A stretch of DNA of 64,000 nt from Balanoglossus misakiensis (lineage: Eukaryota > Animalia > Hemichordata). The notes beneath the pieces were generated by a model that did no database searches, had not been told where the DNA came from, and saw nothing but the letters and a program-made list of their open reading frames with translations. The stretch covers positions 208,208 to 272,207 of the forward strand of contig CM082594.2 of NCBI GenBank assembly GCA_040954595.2, read 5' to 3'. Shown in pieces: positions 13,866 to 26,842 of the stretch. The position numbers and the translations under genes were made by a program. Numbering within the stretch: the stretch's first letter is position 1; each line of letters opens with the position of its first letter.

Positions 13866-14072
13866 TAGCTTTTTCTGATATTGAGATACGCCATTTGTTC
13901 CACAGAAAGTTGAGTTAAAAAGAGGAAAATTTATCACATTTTTCCCAGAGTATTTTTCATGTTCGTTGCGTTTAATTTTGACAAAGAATGATTCAAGATG
14001 AATGCAGAGTTTGCACAGGACAATTCACAGTGACATTCGTATTCAAAAAAGAGTTTTGAAACAATTTATCTT

Positions 14073-14085
14073 AAAGAAGAGGGGA
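14073..14085 (+). promoter_or_regulatory. Polypurine tract
   Basis: AAAGAAGAGGGGA lies immediately 5' of the 3' LTR. Confidence 0.9.
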
Positions 14086-14289
14086 TGTAGTATTCTGATA
14101 ACTACGATCAATATAGCGCCCTCTAGTGTTGCATTGTTGGTGTTCCACTTGTTTATGAATTGCTGTACGACGTCACTTCCGCCCAGATTAGGCGAAGCAC
14201 ATTGTTGAGTCTTTTCAGCCGATCAATAAATAGGTTGTTGTTATACCTAAAGATCGCATTATTATTCCCATGTTGATGGAAACATAACA
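14086..14289 (+). repeat. 3' LTR (204 bp)
   Basis: Direct repeat of 9401-9603. Confidence 0.97.
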
Positions 14290-14847
14290 ATCATCCGAGT
14301 ACTTTTCCCAGCATGCAGTTGCCAAGAAGGCTGCACAGGGAGTTTTTAATTTTGCACTGGTATACGATTTTTTTATTCGTCAATTTCACAGACACGTGCA
14401 TTGCACATCAAAATTTTGCGTCAAAAGTGAGGACAACTTAACTAGGTACCAATGCAATGTGGTTTTAGGCGGATTTGAACTTTTCCTTTAATGTAACAGT
14501 TGTATTGACATGCGATTATCATACTGAACATGAATCAATCTCAAAATTGCTAAAAATAAAATAATTCAGAACATTTAGATTCTACAATGGTGAAAAAATA
14601 TGACAAACCTCCCAAAATTCTTATTTTTGAGGCCATTTTACAAAAATCTACGAGCCTGGCAAAATCTGACAGAGGTGCTAGATAAAGGGCACTTTTTCAA
14701 AACTCTAGATGGTTGACCCCAAGTATGCTTATTTGGTTAAATTTTAAAAGGAAATCACCCGCTGTTTTAGAGTTAATATTGCGAAAGGGACTTCATAAGT
14801 TGTCTGAAAACACCAGTTTCCCCAATTTTCACTAATGTATAGGAATA

Positions 14848-15498
14848 CTTGAGAAGTCGGCCAGATTAGAAGTCGGCCAGTACGCGCGTATGAGAAGTCG
14901 GCCAGTACGAGAAGTCGGCCAGTTGTTGAACTTGTACCCGAATAGTGCAGTGATGACCCAGATTACTTATAACAACACTTAATAAAATATAATTGCACTA
15001 AATATTTTCATTTGGACGGATTTCCCAAATTCTTGACAACACAATGGCGTCATTTCAAATAATGGCGTCTGGCATCCGTACCGGTTCGCCAGCCCCGTAT
15101 CCGCGTAAGGAGCTTAGGTTGTTCGCCAAATTCCTGTGACATTTCTGATTAAAGGGAGTTGTTTCAAAGCCTACTAAAATACATAGAAGATGTATGTGTA
15201 TATTCATACTTTGAGACAAAACCAAACAAACAAACGTGACGAGGAACAGACTACTGGCGCAGCGCAAGAAGTGCAGGTGACTGATGTTGACGTACCCCGG
15301 TGACGTACATGCAAAGTGAACAGACAGTTTTAAAATTCATCGGCTATTTGTACAAATATCTCAGCTCCTGTACATCAAGGAAACATCTCGTAGTGAAACA
15401 GTTATATATAACACAAAGTACCAGGGTTCTCTCCCACAGGCCGACTTCTCGTACTGGCCGATACCGACTTCTCATACTGGTCGACTTCTCAGGACACC
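14848..15498. mobile_element. MITE with subterminal AGAAGTCGGCCAG repeats, copy A
   Basis: Four agaagtcggccag units on the left; inverted gacttctc units plus ggacacc on the right. The extreme left terminus is missing. Confidence 0.7.
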
Positions 15499-16349
15499 AT
15501 GTATAGCATAGCTGTTGAACTCAAAAAATATGTAAAACTACAAGTGATGTAAACAACTTGTGGAACCATGTTCAAATCGAGACCAGAAGAAAAGAGATTT
15601 CAAGACTTACCTCCTTCAACACTTTACTGCCCTGTAGCGCACTGTGTGACATTTGTAGTTGTGCATTCATAACCAGAAGGACGTGGCCGAACCTAGCGAG
15701 TATGAACCTATCACAGAAAAAATTCAAAGAACGATTGGTTTGGTCCAACGATCCCTTATTAGAGAGATGTCCGTAATCACAGGTGTTACTGTACTATACC
15801 TCTTCAGTGGAATCATTGTGTTTTTCAAAGCGCATCACAATATCAACTCCAATGAGCATAACAGTTTAATTTTCTGTGTATGTCATGCTATAACACAGGG
15901 AAGTCACAAGAGTGATTTGCAGCCCAACTTACCAGTAACTGTTGAACAATCAACTACGGGTGACATGGTTGGACACTTGGATCCTGCTGGACAAGGCGTG
16001 CATGTGCCGTCGCCTTCCATAGCATATTCACCATTGCCACAGTCAAGCGGATCTTACATTGAATCTGTACACGATTGTCCAGCAGGGCACAGAAGACGGG
16101 ATGTGCGTGCAGGCTCCGCACTTATTTCATCTGATTAAAGAAAATGAGGTTTTTAGTGATGTATTTGTGATACAGTGTCATTTAAAATAACAAATTACTT
16201 GAGATGATTCACTTCATAATTCTGAGACAAGTATACAGGCATGTAGAAAATTCTTTGGAGGACATTAAATGTCATTTCTAATCAACCATTTTCTGAATAT
16301 CATAAGACTCTGCGAGATCTCACATGGCTAACCGGGTCTCGCAAGATCT

Positions 16350-16374
16350 CGCACTGAGTTGATAATCTGTTGTA

Positions 16375-16408
<34 letters not shown>

Positions 16409-16475
16409 AACATAACCCCAGTCGCACTGACTTGAAAATCTGTTGTAAACACATACATGCATACACACATACCCC
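16350..16475. repeat. (CATA)n/(CA)n microsatellite within a short direct repeat (also ~46410-46520)
   Basis: aatctgttgtaaacacatac occurs twice, each time followed by CATA/CA runs. Unit counts differ between copies A and B. Confidence 0.8.
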
Positions 16476-17695
16476 TCAGTTTCATCACACAGCAAACTGA
16501 ACAAGTACCACAATCTTACCATTTGTACATCTGGTACAGTTTGTTGCACCAGCCAATGACACGTAACCCTTGGTACACTTGAATTGCGATGCACTGGGAT
16601 CTGTGCAGGCGTACCCTTGCTCACAAATAGTACACTGTTCAGCACCGGCTGATCTGTAAATCAAACAAAGAATTTACACACCAAGTTAACCTTTGAATAC
16701 CACTGTAAAAAATTGGCGCAAATTTTAATTATTTTCATAAATAGAGGTCTATTCAAATTTGATGTTGGAAATAAAGGTGGGTGGGTAGAAGTTTACCTGT
16801 TATGCAAGAGGTACAGCGAGACATCCTTTGTCCAAGGCCGAACTGTAATAACCAGCCGAGCATAAAATCACAGTGTTACCATTTGGACAATGGTTACCAG
16901 CTTGGCAATCAGCACATGATGTTTGTGCTGAAAATAAACAGAGATTTATAGAATCTTATAGTCACAGTCATACCTTCAAAGACGTGGGATTCTCACGCGG
17001 GTTGGGGAGACATAAATCCCTGGCAAAAGATTGAGGACAGGAAAATGCCAAACCAGAGATATTGGTAACAGAAACTGTATACAGTCAATGCCATATGGCA
17101 GTGTGCTGTTCTAACAACCGACAAGAATGTGACGATCATAGTCTGTGTCGGAGATTTGGAAAAGAGCAAATTCGGTGAAAAGACGGGACAAAACAAAAGT
17201 CTACTTATACGATGCACATGAAAACTGGATGAAAGCGAAGCAGTCCACTATTTGAATGCATTGGATGTAAAATTGGCAGAATATTTGGACTGGACATAAT
17301 GTTTGTACGCACAGAATTAGGCACATGCACATAAGATGATCGTCCGCCTAAGTGAAAGATTACACAGTAATGCCCAAACTTTAAGTGCTGACTCACCATT
17401 TATATTAGTGTAGTATCCATCTTCACACACCTCTGGCTCCGACATACCATCATATTGGCACTTATACCCAGGGCAGGACAAGGCGTACAGTCTATACTTC
17501 CATTGTTGGCAAAATATCCCTGTCCGCATTGTGTTGGTGATGAGAGGCTGGCTGTTCCACACATGAAACCCTTGGACACAGCGTGCATGCTTCAGAACAT
17601 GCTGAACGGTAACTTCCAACTGCGCAGTCCTGTAGGAGTAAAGACGTCAAATATTAGGGAGGTTTAAGAGCCCTCTAGCCAGCAAACTTCATCAA

Positions 17696-18108
17696 GGATG
17701 TACGCGCAGAACATAAACTGGAAACACTGCGCGCCCGGTCTTTTTCCCATAGGATTACATTGATAATCGCCAGAAAACAAACTTCTACTATTGTCATTTT
17801 CACGAAATTTTACACATAGCTCAGTCCAGCAAATATAAATTCATTGGTCAAATAAAATATAGGCGTCACCGCGCTCTTTTTTGAGATAAATTGCGTTAAG
17901 AATTTTGCCCATAGACAAACCATTGGTGAAAAATGCTGAGTCAGCAGATTTCTTCTATTATCGACCAAATTCATGGCTCTGTATTTCAAAAACAAGCCCA
18001 GTGACCCCTATATTTTATTACGGATTTTCATTATACATACAAAGGAGAATAAAAAAATCCACAATTAAAAAAAATGACAATACTTTCAATTTTACTGAAC
18101 GTACATCC
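17696..18108. mobile_element. Internally deleted copy of the GG...CC / TTAA-flanked non-autonomous element, copy A
   Basis: Reads tcaa|GGATGTACG ... CGTACATCC|ttaa. Lacks ~0.8 kb that is present at ~49243-50043. Confidence 0.55.
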
Positions 18109-18251
18109 TTAATGTTACTTAATATGTAGTGGAGCACCAAAACCCAAATTTTCATATCGATTGTGTATTTTGTGATAAAAGCACCAAACTTGGCTCAGAT
18201 GTGTGTTAATGTGTACTGAACGAATTCAGATAGCGAGTCACTAAATATCTG

Positions 18252-18678
18252 TAGTCTCGGTTACCCAGAGCCCTCTGCTTCTTCCGTTAGGCACTCCAGA
18301 AAGAGGGTCTGGGGAAACCCGGTAGACAAATTGCCGGGCGGAATCGGGACAGCTGCGATGCATGACGGGAGCTTAATATTCGGTACGATATTATGATATG
18401 ACGATATTAGAAAACTATTAACCAAACTTCTCTCTCTCTTTTCAATTTGTAGACAGTTTTAGCAGGTCTAGCACTACTCAGCATGTTTTCTTTATCGTAT
18501 GACATACATGTCGGCCGTGAGGTTCGCGCGCAGGACGTTGCCATTTTGGAATATTAAGCTCCCGTCATGCATCGCAGCTGTCCCGATTCCGCCCGGCGAT
18601 TTGTCTACCGGGTTTCCCCAGACCCTCTTTCTGGAGTGCCTAACGGAAGAAGCAGAGGGCTCTGGGTAACCGAGACTA
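18252..18678. mobile_element. 427-bp MITE with 130-bp TIRs and a 10-bp TSD (Mutator/foldback-like); copy A only
   Basis: TIRs 18252-18381 and 18549-18678 have one mismatch. TAAATATCTG occurs at 18242-18251 and 18679-18688, and once at the empty site ~50518-50527. Confidence 0.93.
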
Positions 18679-18962
18679 TAAATATCTGTTGAAGAGTTTC
18701 CATGTCAACCATTTTTTTTCAAAATGGCCGCCAATACAGATAATCACACCTGTTAAACACCAAAATAAATTCAGATTACAATATTTGAAACAAGAAACTA
18801 CGGAAAGAATGGTTTGCAATAGAACTATGGTTATTAAACTACAAATGTACTTATAAGGGTAACTAAGGTATCAAAACACAGGTGAAACTTTCAATCCCTG
18901 GTTCTCGCATTAGTATAGGTGCTCCCCCCAGTCAAACATTATGGCTAGTTGCGATATTTAAC

Positions 18963-19813
18963 TGGAAAGTGCAGTTCACGAAATAAAAACCTGGATGACA
19001 CATAATAAACTTCAACTCAATGGTGGCAAAACCGAGGTACTCCTGATAAGGTCTCAGTTCAACCGCTCGCCTCGTCCCATAAACCACATGAGCATTGGAT
19101 CATGTTGTGTTCAAATTGTGAATTCTGCACGGAATATAGGTGTGACATTCGACGACAATTACACTTTCAATAAGCACATTAATGCAATTTGCAAGTCAAT
19201 TTTCTTCCATCTGCGTCAAATCAGCCACATCGCCGTTACCTCACTAAGGAAGTTTGCCAGATGCTGGTTCATGCTCTAATCACATCAAAACTGAACTACT
19301 GTAATGCACTACTCTGTGGTTTACCATCATCATGCATGCTACAGCATGCCCTGAATTCTGCAGCCAGGATCGTTTCTCGTACCCGTAAAACGGATCATAT
19401 TACTCCTGTTCTCATGGATTTACATTGGTTGCCTGTACACTATAGAATCCAATACAAGATCTTGCTTATGACATATAAGGCATTAAACAACACAGCACCA
19501 GCTTACATCTCTGACTTAATCCATCTGAAAACTTCAACAAGACTTCTTCGTTCAAATGACAAATTTCTACTTCATGTACCATGGAGTAAGAAGAAAACGT
19601 ACGGCGATCGTGCTTTTTCGTATATCGCCCCACTCATCTGGAACAGTGTCCCAATAGAGGTATGCTAGTCACCTAGCCTTGACAGTTTCAAGAAACACAT
19701 CAAGACTTATCTGTTTAACAGAGCCTATTAACAGTAACTTTACATTGTAAAGCACTATTGAACACTATTGCAGTGGAGTTTGGTGCTCTATAAGTCCTTT
19801 TGATTGATTGATG
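18963..19813 (+). mobile_element. 5'-truncated LINE (L2/CR1-group) 3' fragment
   Basis: WMTHNKLQLNGGKTEVL...ARNIGVTFD...HITPVLMDLHWLPV...YGDRAFSYIAPLIWN, frameshifted, with a (TTGA)n tail. Confidence 0.9.
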
Positions 19814-20294
19814 AACAGTTTACCACCTTAGCTAAACACATAAACAGATCACCGATACGTCCGAATAGCGCGTGTATGAGGGCTTGGCTAACTTGTGACC
19901 TCAGTAAAGATCATGTGAAAATGTCCATTTTGTTTGGTCGGGCATTCATTCTTGTCGGCAAAAACTGCCATAGGAAATTATAAACTTAAGTCAAATTGTT
20001 TAAACAATAAATAATAGTCCATGTGTCTTGATACTTCAGATCATGCATCGGTTCGACTCTGTCTGTAGTCGGCTACCCAAATTTATTGGGAAGTTCGGCC
20101 TTTTACACATTAATACGTGTGGTTTTCGATCATATCCTACCGGTCTTATTGGTTGGCATTAATTTGGCAGTGTGCTATAAGCATATTACATCCTACATCA
20201 AACCAAAATAAAGCTTGTGATACTTTGACCATCAGTTTTTGTTTACTTTTAGTCGCTAGTGAAATTCAAGCTCAGTAATAACTTTACAACTAAC

Positions 20295-22350
20295 TTATTA
20301 GGGGCCCAAGCCCCTATGGGTGGGGCCCCTATTGGTATTGCTGGCATTTTTCTTCTTCTTTGGCACTTTCATCGGCCACTAGGATCTTGAAAACGGCTAA
20401 ACCTACAATTCTCAAATATGGCACAATGATGCAGGCCAATGAGATCTGGTGCAGTACGTCCGTGAATGTTAAATTAGTCAAGTGACCTGATGACCATATA
20501 AGGGCGAAATTTTCAAATTAGGGTATGTCGATTTTGAGAAGAAGATTTTTGATCATTATATTTCATTTTTTTTCATTGACCATGGGGGGTCTGGACCAAG
20601 GCATAGGCTTTACTATACCCGCATAGCAAAGCTATGACAACATCGTATTTAAATAATAACACATGTTAGCGAGGGCAATATCATGATCTTTTGCCTGCAC
20701 AAGGGATGGTGATCTTTGACCTTAATAATATTGATGATGCCCGAGCTGCAGGGAAGGGCATCATCAATATGTTTCGATGTGTGACGTTACCAGCACATTC
20801 CAGAAGACAGCATGGCATCGTCTGTACAAGTTGAGTGAAATACTTAGAAAGATATCGCCACATACAGTGACTGGGCTGTGTTCATGTTTTTCTCTTGAAA
20901 TCATGAACAGTGTTATACACCGTTGTATCAATGCTGTTTTAGTGACTTTTTCACACCCGTTCTTTTTGTTTTGAGTGAATAGGATAGTCAACTAACTACT
21001 GCTGGACAATGGGTGTGAGTTTCATGGCTCTCACATGATGGGGTAATCTGGGGTAACATTTTGAAAATACCATGTCATTTTCAGAACGCAGTTACGGTGT
21101 ATGTACATGTGAACAGTGATACATGTACATGTGTAGGTCGGAAATTTAGATCGGGTATACACGTCTGCATCTAACACTCAAACTGCAATATTGCCAAACG
21201 TGTGTATTATACACGATATACTACATGTAGTAATTCTATTAGACTTAGTCTGCATTGGTCAATATAATATACGGAAACTAAATATGTCGATCGGATTTAA
21301 TCTTTCACAGGTCCAGCTGTGGTTGCGCAGAACACGTCTCCATTTATGGTGTGAACAGGGACTGCTGTACGCATGTGCACATCTGAGTTCACGAGGTTAC
21401 ACCTACTGCGGTTGCGCAGAACACGTCTCCATTTATGGAGTGAACAGGGACTGACCAAGGGGCCGAAATGAGAAGCCAAATTTCGGGTGACCCCTTGACC
21501 TTTGACCCACCTTGAAAAACACATATCTACTTCTACGCTAACTAATACACCTAGGGAGCTGATTTTTGGTGGACAGGTACAACTATTGGACCAAATCATT
21601 TCGCCGCAATGTCACGTGACCTCGGTGACCTTTGAACTATTTATAACATAAATGCTCATAAGTACGTAACTATTAGACCGACAGACTTCATATTTGGTGG
21701 GATGAAGCATACACATGTACTTGTTACCCCTTGACCTTTGACCTAATTAATTATGTGCATACCTAATTCTAGGCTTACCAATAGGGCTAGAGGTTTTGTT
21801 TCTGTTGGACATGGACAAGTGTGGGGTCCAATTTTTTCCATAATATTTTGGGTGACCTCTGGTGATCTACTTTCTCATATCTCGGCCTCCAGAGCAGGTA
21901 CAGCCTTAGCATTTCGAGGGATGGGACTAAAATGAAAAGCCGAATTTTGAGGTCACCTGTACAACTGCTTAACTCATTAATTATGTGCATACCTAATTCC
22001 AGGCGAACCAATAGGGCTGAAGGTTTGGTTTCTGATGGACCTGGACCAGTATGGGGTCAAAAAATTTTGCCCAAATTTCGGGTGACCTCAGATGACCATT
22101 TTGGCTTGCAGCTATATTTTAACCCTAATGCTACTAGGTGTCATACCTGTTTAGAGTGTCAAGTCCCTTAAAATATGTATTTGCCATTTTTTCTTCCTAA
22201 ACGTATTTTGACTGTCTTGCCATGGCTCTCATATGTTAGACACACTTGGCAGTCTAAACCCCCCTTAAATGTACTAAATCGTACTGGTTTGCTCTGGTTT
22301 GGTTTGAGGGTCTTGTATAGGCCCTACTGCGTAACACGCCCTTGGCAGCC
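20295..22350 (+). repeat. Composite interspersed repeat (DINE-1/HINE-like start, internal direct repeats)
   Basis: Starts ttattaggggccc...ggggcccctattgg (hairpin) followed by cttctt. Contains a 47-bp direct repeat (~21318/21407), a ~110-bp direct repeat (~21746/21975) and recurrent tgacctttgacc. Confidence 0.45.
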
Positions 22351-22379
22351 TAACAGGCCTGGGAGCCAGGATTCTAGGC

Positions 22380-22900
22380 ACCCTGGATATCAAACTGACT
22401 TGGCAGCGTTAGGGTTAAAACTATGTATAATCACATACTAGATGTTTGAAAAATGGCAATGTCTTCTCTAAATGTTCTCCATCCAAAGGGATCTGACAAG
22501 GGTGTCCCCTGTCAGCACTTCATTTTTTGTTTGTCATAGCAATTTTCGCGACTGTTATATTAGATTTAGAGTTGACTAAAAGATAAATGGTGTCTACGAT
22601 TCCAAACACATAAAAATTACACCAGTTGTGGACGACACAACATTATTTTATTTGATGAGAGTAGTGTTCATCATGCCATAAATATAGTCAAAAAATTTGT
22701 TAGTTTTAGAAAACCAACTAAATACACGAAAAGTTGGGCTTTAGATTGGTTAACTGAAAATCAGGCTGATTGCAATTTTTCGGGATTAAGTGGCCCGATA
22801 CTCCTAACAAGTCACTTGGAATGTACTTTCATTCTAATATTGTCATTTATTAGCATGGAGTAATCTTACTTTTTACCATAAGGGTGGAACCATGATTCAT
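22380..22900 (+). mobile_element. Highly decayed LINE RT fragment (L1/Tx1-like)
   Basis: GI*QGCPLS and VDDTTLF resemble the GIRQGCPLS and YADD motifs. Many stops and frameshifts. Confidence 0.55.
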
Positions 22901-23485
22901 TCTCAAGAGGGGTCTGGTACCAATACTCATAATGGCCTTCGATACCGGCAGGCATGTATAGCCTATGGCTACGCCCAGCATGAGGTGGTGATTCATACTG
23001 TTGGTTGTATGGACTAGATGGGTTCGGTGACAGCGACACAAATTTTCATGCAGATCTTGATTACACTTGTAGAGAAAAACAAAAAATCTACATATTGAAA
23101 GAAATGGTGATACTTTAAACTGTATAAATTATTATCCCAAGACAATAAATCAAAACTTACCTTGTTCACAAAGGTCACCAGTGAAAACAATTCTGACAGA
23201 AACATGTGTACAGTTCACATGATCCAGATGTCATCTTGCAGAAACCACTGTTCAAGCACGGATTGGGATCGCATTGGTTGATTCCTGGTTTTCAATACAC
23301 AAGAAAGTTGGGACGATGAGCAATGGGGCAGAGACTGATCATCAAAAATTTGGGACAGGGAATTCCAACAAATGAGATCATTAAGTCATATATGCAAAGC
23401 AAATCAGAAAAGAGAATCAGAAGATTTTCTCCGAAGGACACCTTGCAAATTCATGATTGGAAAGACACTGCAGTCACATGTATAT

Positions 23486-24345
23486 TGTAGTGTCCAAACA
23501 CCGGTGAGCATCTATACTTTATACATTCTGTAAAATGAGGTAAACATTCGGGTCATTATGAATAAAGTGCGTGAACGAGGCTAGGCACTCTCACTCTTAC
23601 ATGCCGGACTTGGTGTCTCGTGTTGTCATTATTGCCCACCCACGATTCTATATTTTGCGACGAGGACAGAGAACATGGAGAATCAGCTAGCCGGATCAAG
23701 AGGTCAAATCACAAATCATACGAGGATTCACATCAGCCCGTCTCAGACATCGTGCTCTTCGGGAGGAGACGACACTAGAGAATCTACTGAGTACAGCCTG
23801 TTCATTTGAGGTATCAGAGGTTCAGGCTAGTGGGATTGAGGAGAAAACCCAAAATAATGGTGCAGATACGGCATCTGTGAATGCGGTCAGAAAACAGCGC
23901 CATCAACGCTCTAAACCAAATAAACAAAAGAGAGCTCATCAGCAGCCAGCGAAAGGACCGTCCACTTGTTATTATTGTGGTGGCACCTATCCACATGACT
24001 CAGTATGTCCAGCTAAAGGCAAGTCATGCAGGAAGTGTGGCAAACCTAACCATTTAGCCAAATGCTACCATTCAAAAGGCAAGGCAAATAGGGTAGACAA
24101 GGATAAAACTGTCAAAGCTGTGCATAAAGTGGAAGACAGCTCGGGAGATGAATACTGCTTCACTGTACAACAATCAAATGGCAGGAGGCCTCGAGTAACA
24201 GTGCAGATAGAACAAACAGCAGTTGCCTCACTGATCGACCCTGGTTCTACAATAAACATGATGGGTGTAAACACACACAACAACCTAAAGAACAAACCCA
24301 TGTGGCAAACAGAAAGCCCGTTTTACCACTGCCAGCAGTGCATTA
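23486..24345 (+). mobile_element. Decayed Mag-like Gypsy remnant, copy B: putative LTR (~23486-23652), PBS-like tgcgacgagga, internally deleted gag-protease
   Basis: TGTAG start and internal aataaa. tttgcgacgagga resembles a TGGCGACGAG PBS. An ATG follows, then a jump into sequence matching 899-1545. Confidence 0.7.
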
Positions 24346-25466
24346 TTGAGTATTTTAGCATCGCTGGATTTAGCTCTCGTCCAATCAGAGTTGCGGACGG
24401 TAGCATGATATAATATAGTAATATAATTGAGAATAAATCTCACGACAAGTGTACAGTTTGACAATGTACACAGATAATCCGTTTCAACAATGTTTCCTTT
24501 GTAGTGTGAATAAAACTGCACACTTTGCAAGTTTTCAACTTCAAAACACTATGGCTATTACAGAGACAAAGCTGCTAATATACAGTGTATACCTGTCATT
24601 TTTGTTTGTGGTGAGATTTTCATTGGCACAGTCGCACAGAGCTCACACTTTCTGTTGAATTCACTGCATACTGCTAACTTTAAGTCATATATCCACTGAA
24701 ACATTAAGTTATAGAATTTTCCATCGCAGTATTCTGTTTTATATACATGTATAGCAGTCCCACACATATTGATTAATTTGACAAAAGAAACTGACTGACA
24801 ATTTTCACAGCGCTCCCAGTAAAGCATCCTTGGCAGGTGCACGTCAATGCCACACACGAGGTTAGGGTTGGCAAGTGCTGCCATTTTGACATGGGTTGTT
24901 AGCACTAATCAATTCCTACGCATGACAGAAAAATGAAGAATTAGGCTATGGGCCGGACCTGCCTATCGTTTCAAAATGCACTCTGTATATTAGGGTCTAT
25001 TTTTTTTACATAAAAGACAAGTCTTCTTGCTCTAATATGATAAAATAAAAAAACTTCAACTTAAATATTGCGTCCTCAGAGGTAATATCGAGCCCTAAAA
25101 ATCAGGTATGCTAATGCGGTTAAAGGTCGTGCAGTTCTCCTTATAACAATCGTTCGATTGGTGGTTACGTGACTGCATCAATCACAGAATGCGTTATGTC
25201 ACTCAGCAATTACACACACAGGGCAAACTATCAGGCAGCTACATGTACACTAGTATACATGTTACAGAAGATTAAACAGAATTTTTGGTAAGGAAAGTTT
25301 GAGCAAACTAGTCCATTCAATGTAAAAAATGGTGCTGATTCCAAAAAAGTCAGTCTTATTGACCCCTTTGAAGACAAAATTGCCATTTTTGCCACTTTTA
25401 ACCCAAAAGGTCATTAAAAAAACCCACTCAAAACACACTGTTTTCATCACATTCGGAGATCTGATG

Positions 25467-26842
25467 ACATTTGAGGATTATGCGGAAACAGTGACACAGC
25501 AGAATAAAAATTACAGGTGACATTTGCAAGCAGATATGATCTGACCATATAGAAATATGCAATGTAAAAACATTAACAAGGAACATGCCCAATAAACTGT
25601 CATGTGTCATGGCAGTCTTACAAGTGGTGCTAGAAAAAAAAATTGACCAAAAATTGTCTGTACACAAACACATATGCGAAGCAACTTCTTTCAGTCAGCC
25701 CTGGAACAGACACACACTGACCTGCCACTGGTAATTAAAATGTGATAGCTGGTGGTCTCTGTAACAGCTGGCCTATTTAAGTTATGTAAACATGTCTTTG
25801 TTCGAGGTAACAACTCCTTGTAAATAGTAACTTTAAAAACAACTGGACAATTTGTTTAGGAGAAGATTTGCTAACCAAAAACAAAGAAACTTACCAAAAA
25901 AACTCGCTAAATATTTAATCTTTCTGATCTCAGAATTGAATAAAAGTTGCACATATACAGGTATGTGTTATGAAATTATATCCTAAATTTCAAAGCAATC
26001 AGAGAAAAAACTAATTTCAAAGCAATCCAACAAGCAGTTTCACAGAAAATATTTGTTCAAAAGTGGCAAAAACACAAATATGCAAATATCACCAAAATTG
26101 TACAATATCTTACTTCAATCACTACAAGGAACATGCTGCCTAAGTTCAATGCAATAGGACAAGCGGTTTCAGTGAAAACAATTTTTGACAAAAATTGCAA
26201 AAGTTTCCCCGATAACACATTTATGCAAATATCACATTTTTTACAACATATTATTTAGGTTACCCCTACGAACATGCCTACCAAATTGCAAAGCAATCTG
26301 GCATGAGGTTTTAAAGAAAAACATTTTTTGACCAAAAATGGCAAATAATGCTCAAAATTATAGATATGCAAATTTTGCAACAATTTGAACAAAACTATGG
26401 TTACTTAGACAACATTAGGAGGCTTCATACTAAATTTCAAAGACTTTTACCAATAACATGGAAAAATACAAAAAAATGCAAAAAAAATAGGAAATCGATA
26501 ATATTAGCTCAAAACATACAGGATTGTATGAGGTTGATATAAGGTACATGCATACCATTTTTCAAATCAATATGACCAGTGGTTGTCCAGTTTTTGAGTT
26601 TTGACCAATTTCACATTTTCCCAGCTAATTTGCATATTTTTGGCAATGACATCTTCATTTGAACAAACTCCCATCTACAGCCCTGCCTGCATCTACACGC
26701 CAAATATCGAGATCATACGCGCTGCGGTTTTCAAGTTTTTCATGTGGACGGACATACAGACATACATCCATCCATCCATCCATACATACAGACGTAACCA
26801 ATCCCATAAGTTCCCATGGTACATACCAATGGGACCTAAAAA
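25467..26842 (-). mobile_element. DINE-1/HINE-like non-autonomous repeat, copy B, with intact 5' end
   Basis: The minus strand starts TTTTTAGGTCCCAT...ATGGGAAC (hairpin), followed by a (GTAT/GGAT/GTCY)n microsatellite at ~26748-26793. This layout is typical of Helentron-associated interspersed elements. Confidence 0.6.

Larger units (their letters stand above)
9401..14289 (+). mobile_element. Full-length Ty3/Gypsy LTR retrotransposon, Mag-like
   Basis: TG...CA LTRs at 9401-9603 and 14086-14289. TSD ATCAT at 9396-9400 and 14290-14294. The empty site has a single ATCAT at 43947-43951. PBS, PPT and a gag-pol frame are present. Confidence 0.98.
4002..17629 (-). pseudogene. Multi-exon Cys-rich extracellular protein pseudogene, copy A (TNFR/GCC2-GCC3-like repeat exons followed by EGF-like exons)
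   Basis: AG/GT-bounded minus-strand exons. Cys-repeat exons: 17629-17397, 16927-16797, 16653-16520, 16130-15933. Phase-1 EGF exons: 9140-9011, 8776-8654, 7871-7749, 7199-7085 (truncated), 6265-6143, 5830-5714, 5322-5200, 4637-4515, 4121-4002. In-frame TAG in 8776-8654 and 4637-4515; frameshifted lengths in several others. Confidence 0.85.
899..18962 (+). repeat. Segmental duplication, copy A (homologous to 23693-50802)
   Basis: Colinear near-identity from ggatcaagaggtcaaatc (899 / 23693) to gcgatatttaac (~18962 / ~50801). The same ORF fragments recur in both copies. Differences are insertions, deletions and scattered substitutions. Confidence 0.95.

Noticed and set aside
14851-14922. Short repeats with variable spacers resembling a CRISPR array
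   Set aside because: 13-bp units with spacers of only a few bases, mirrored in inverted form 0.5 kb away, in eukaryotic DNA with no cas genes. These are MITE subterminal repeats.
15659-16138. 159-aa plus-strand ORF conserved in both copies (also 45716-46195)
   Set aside because: Antisense to the Cys-repeat exons. Its conservation reflects the recent duplication, not selection.
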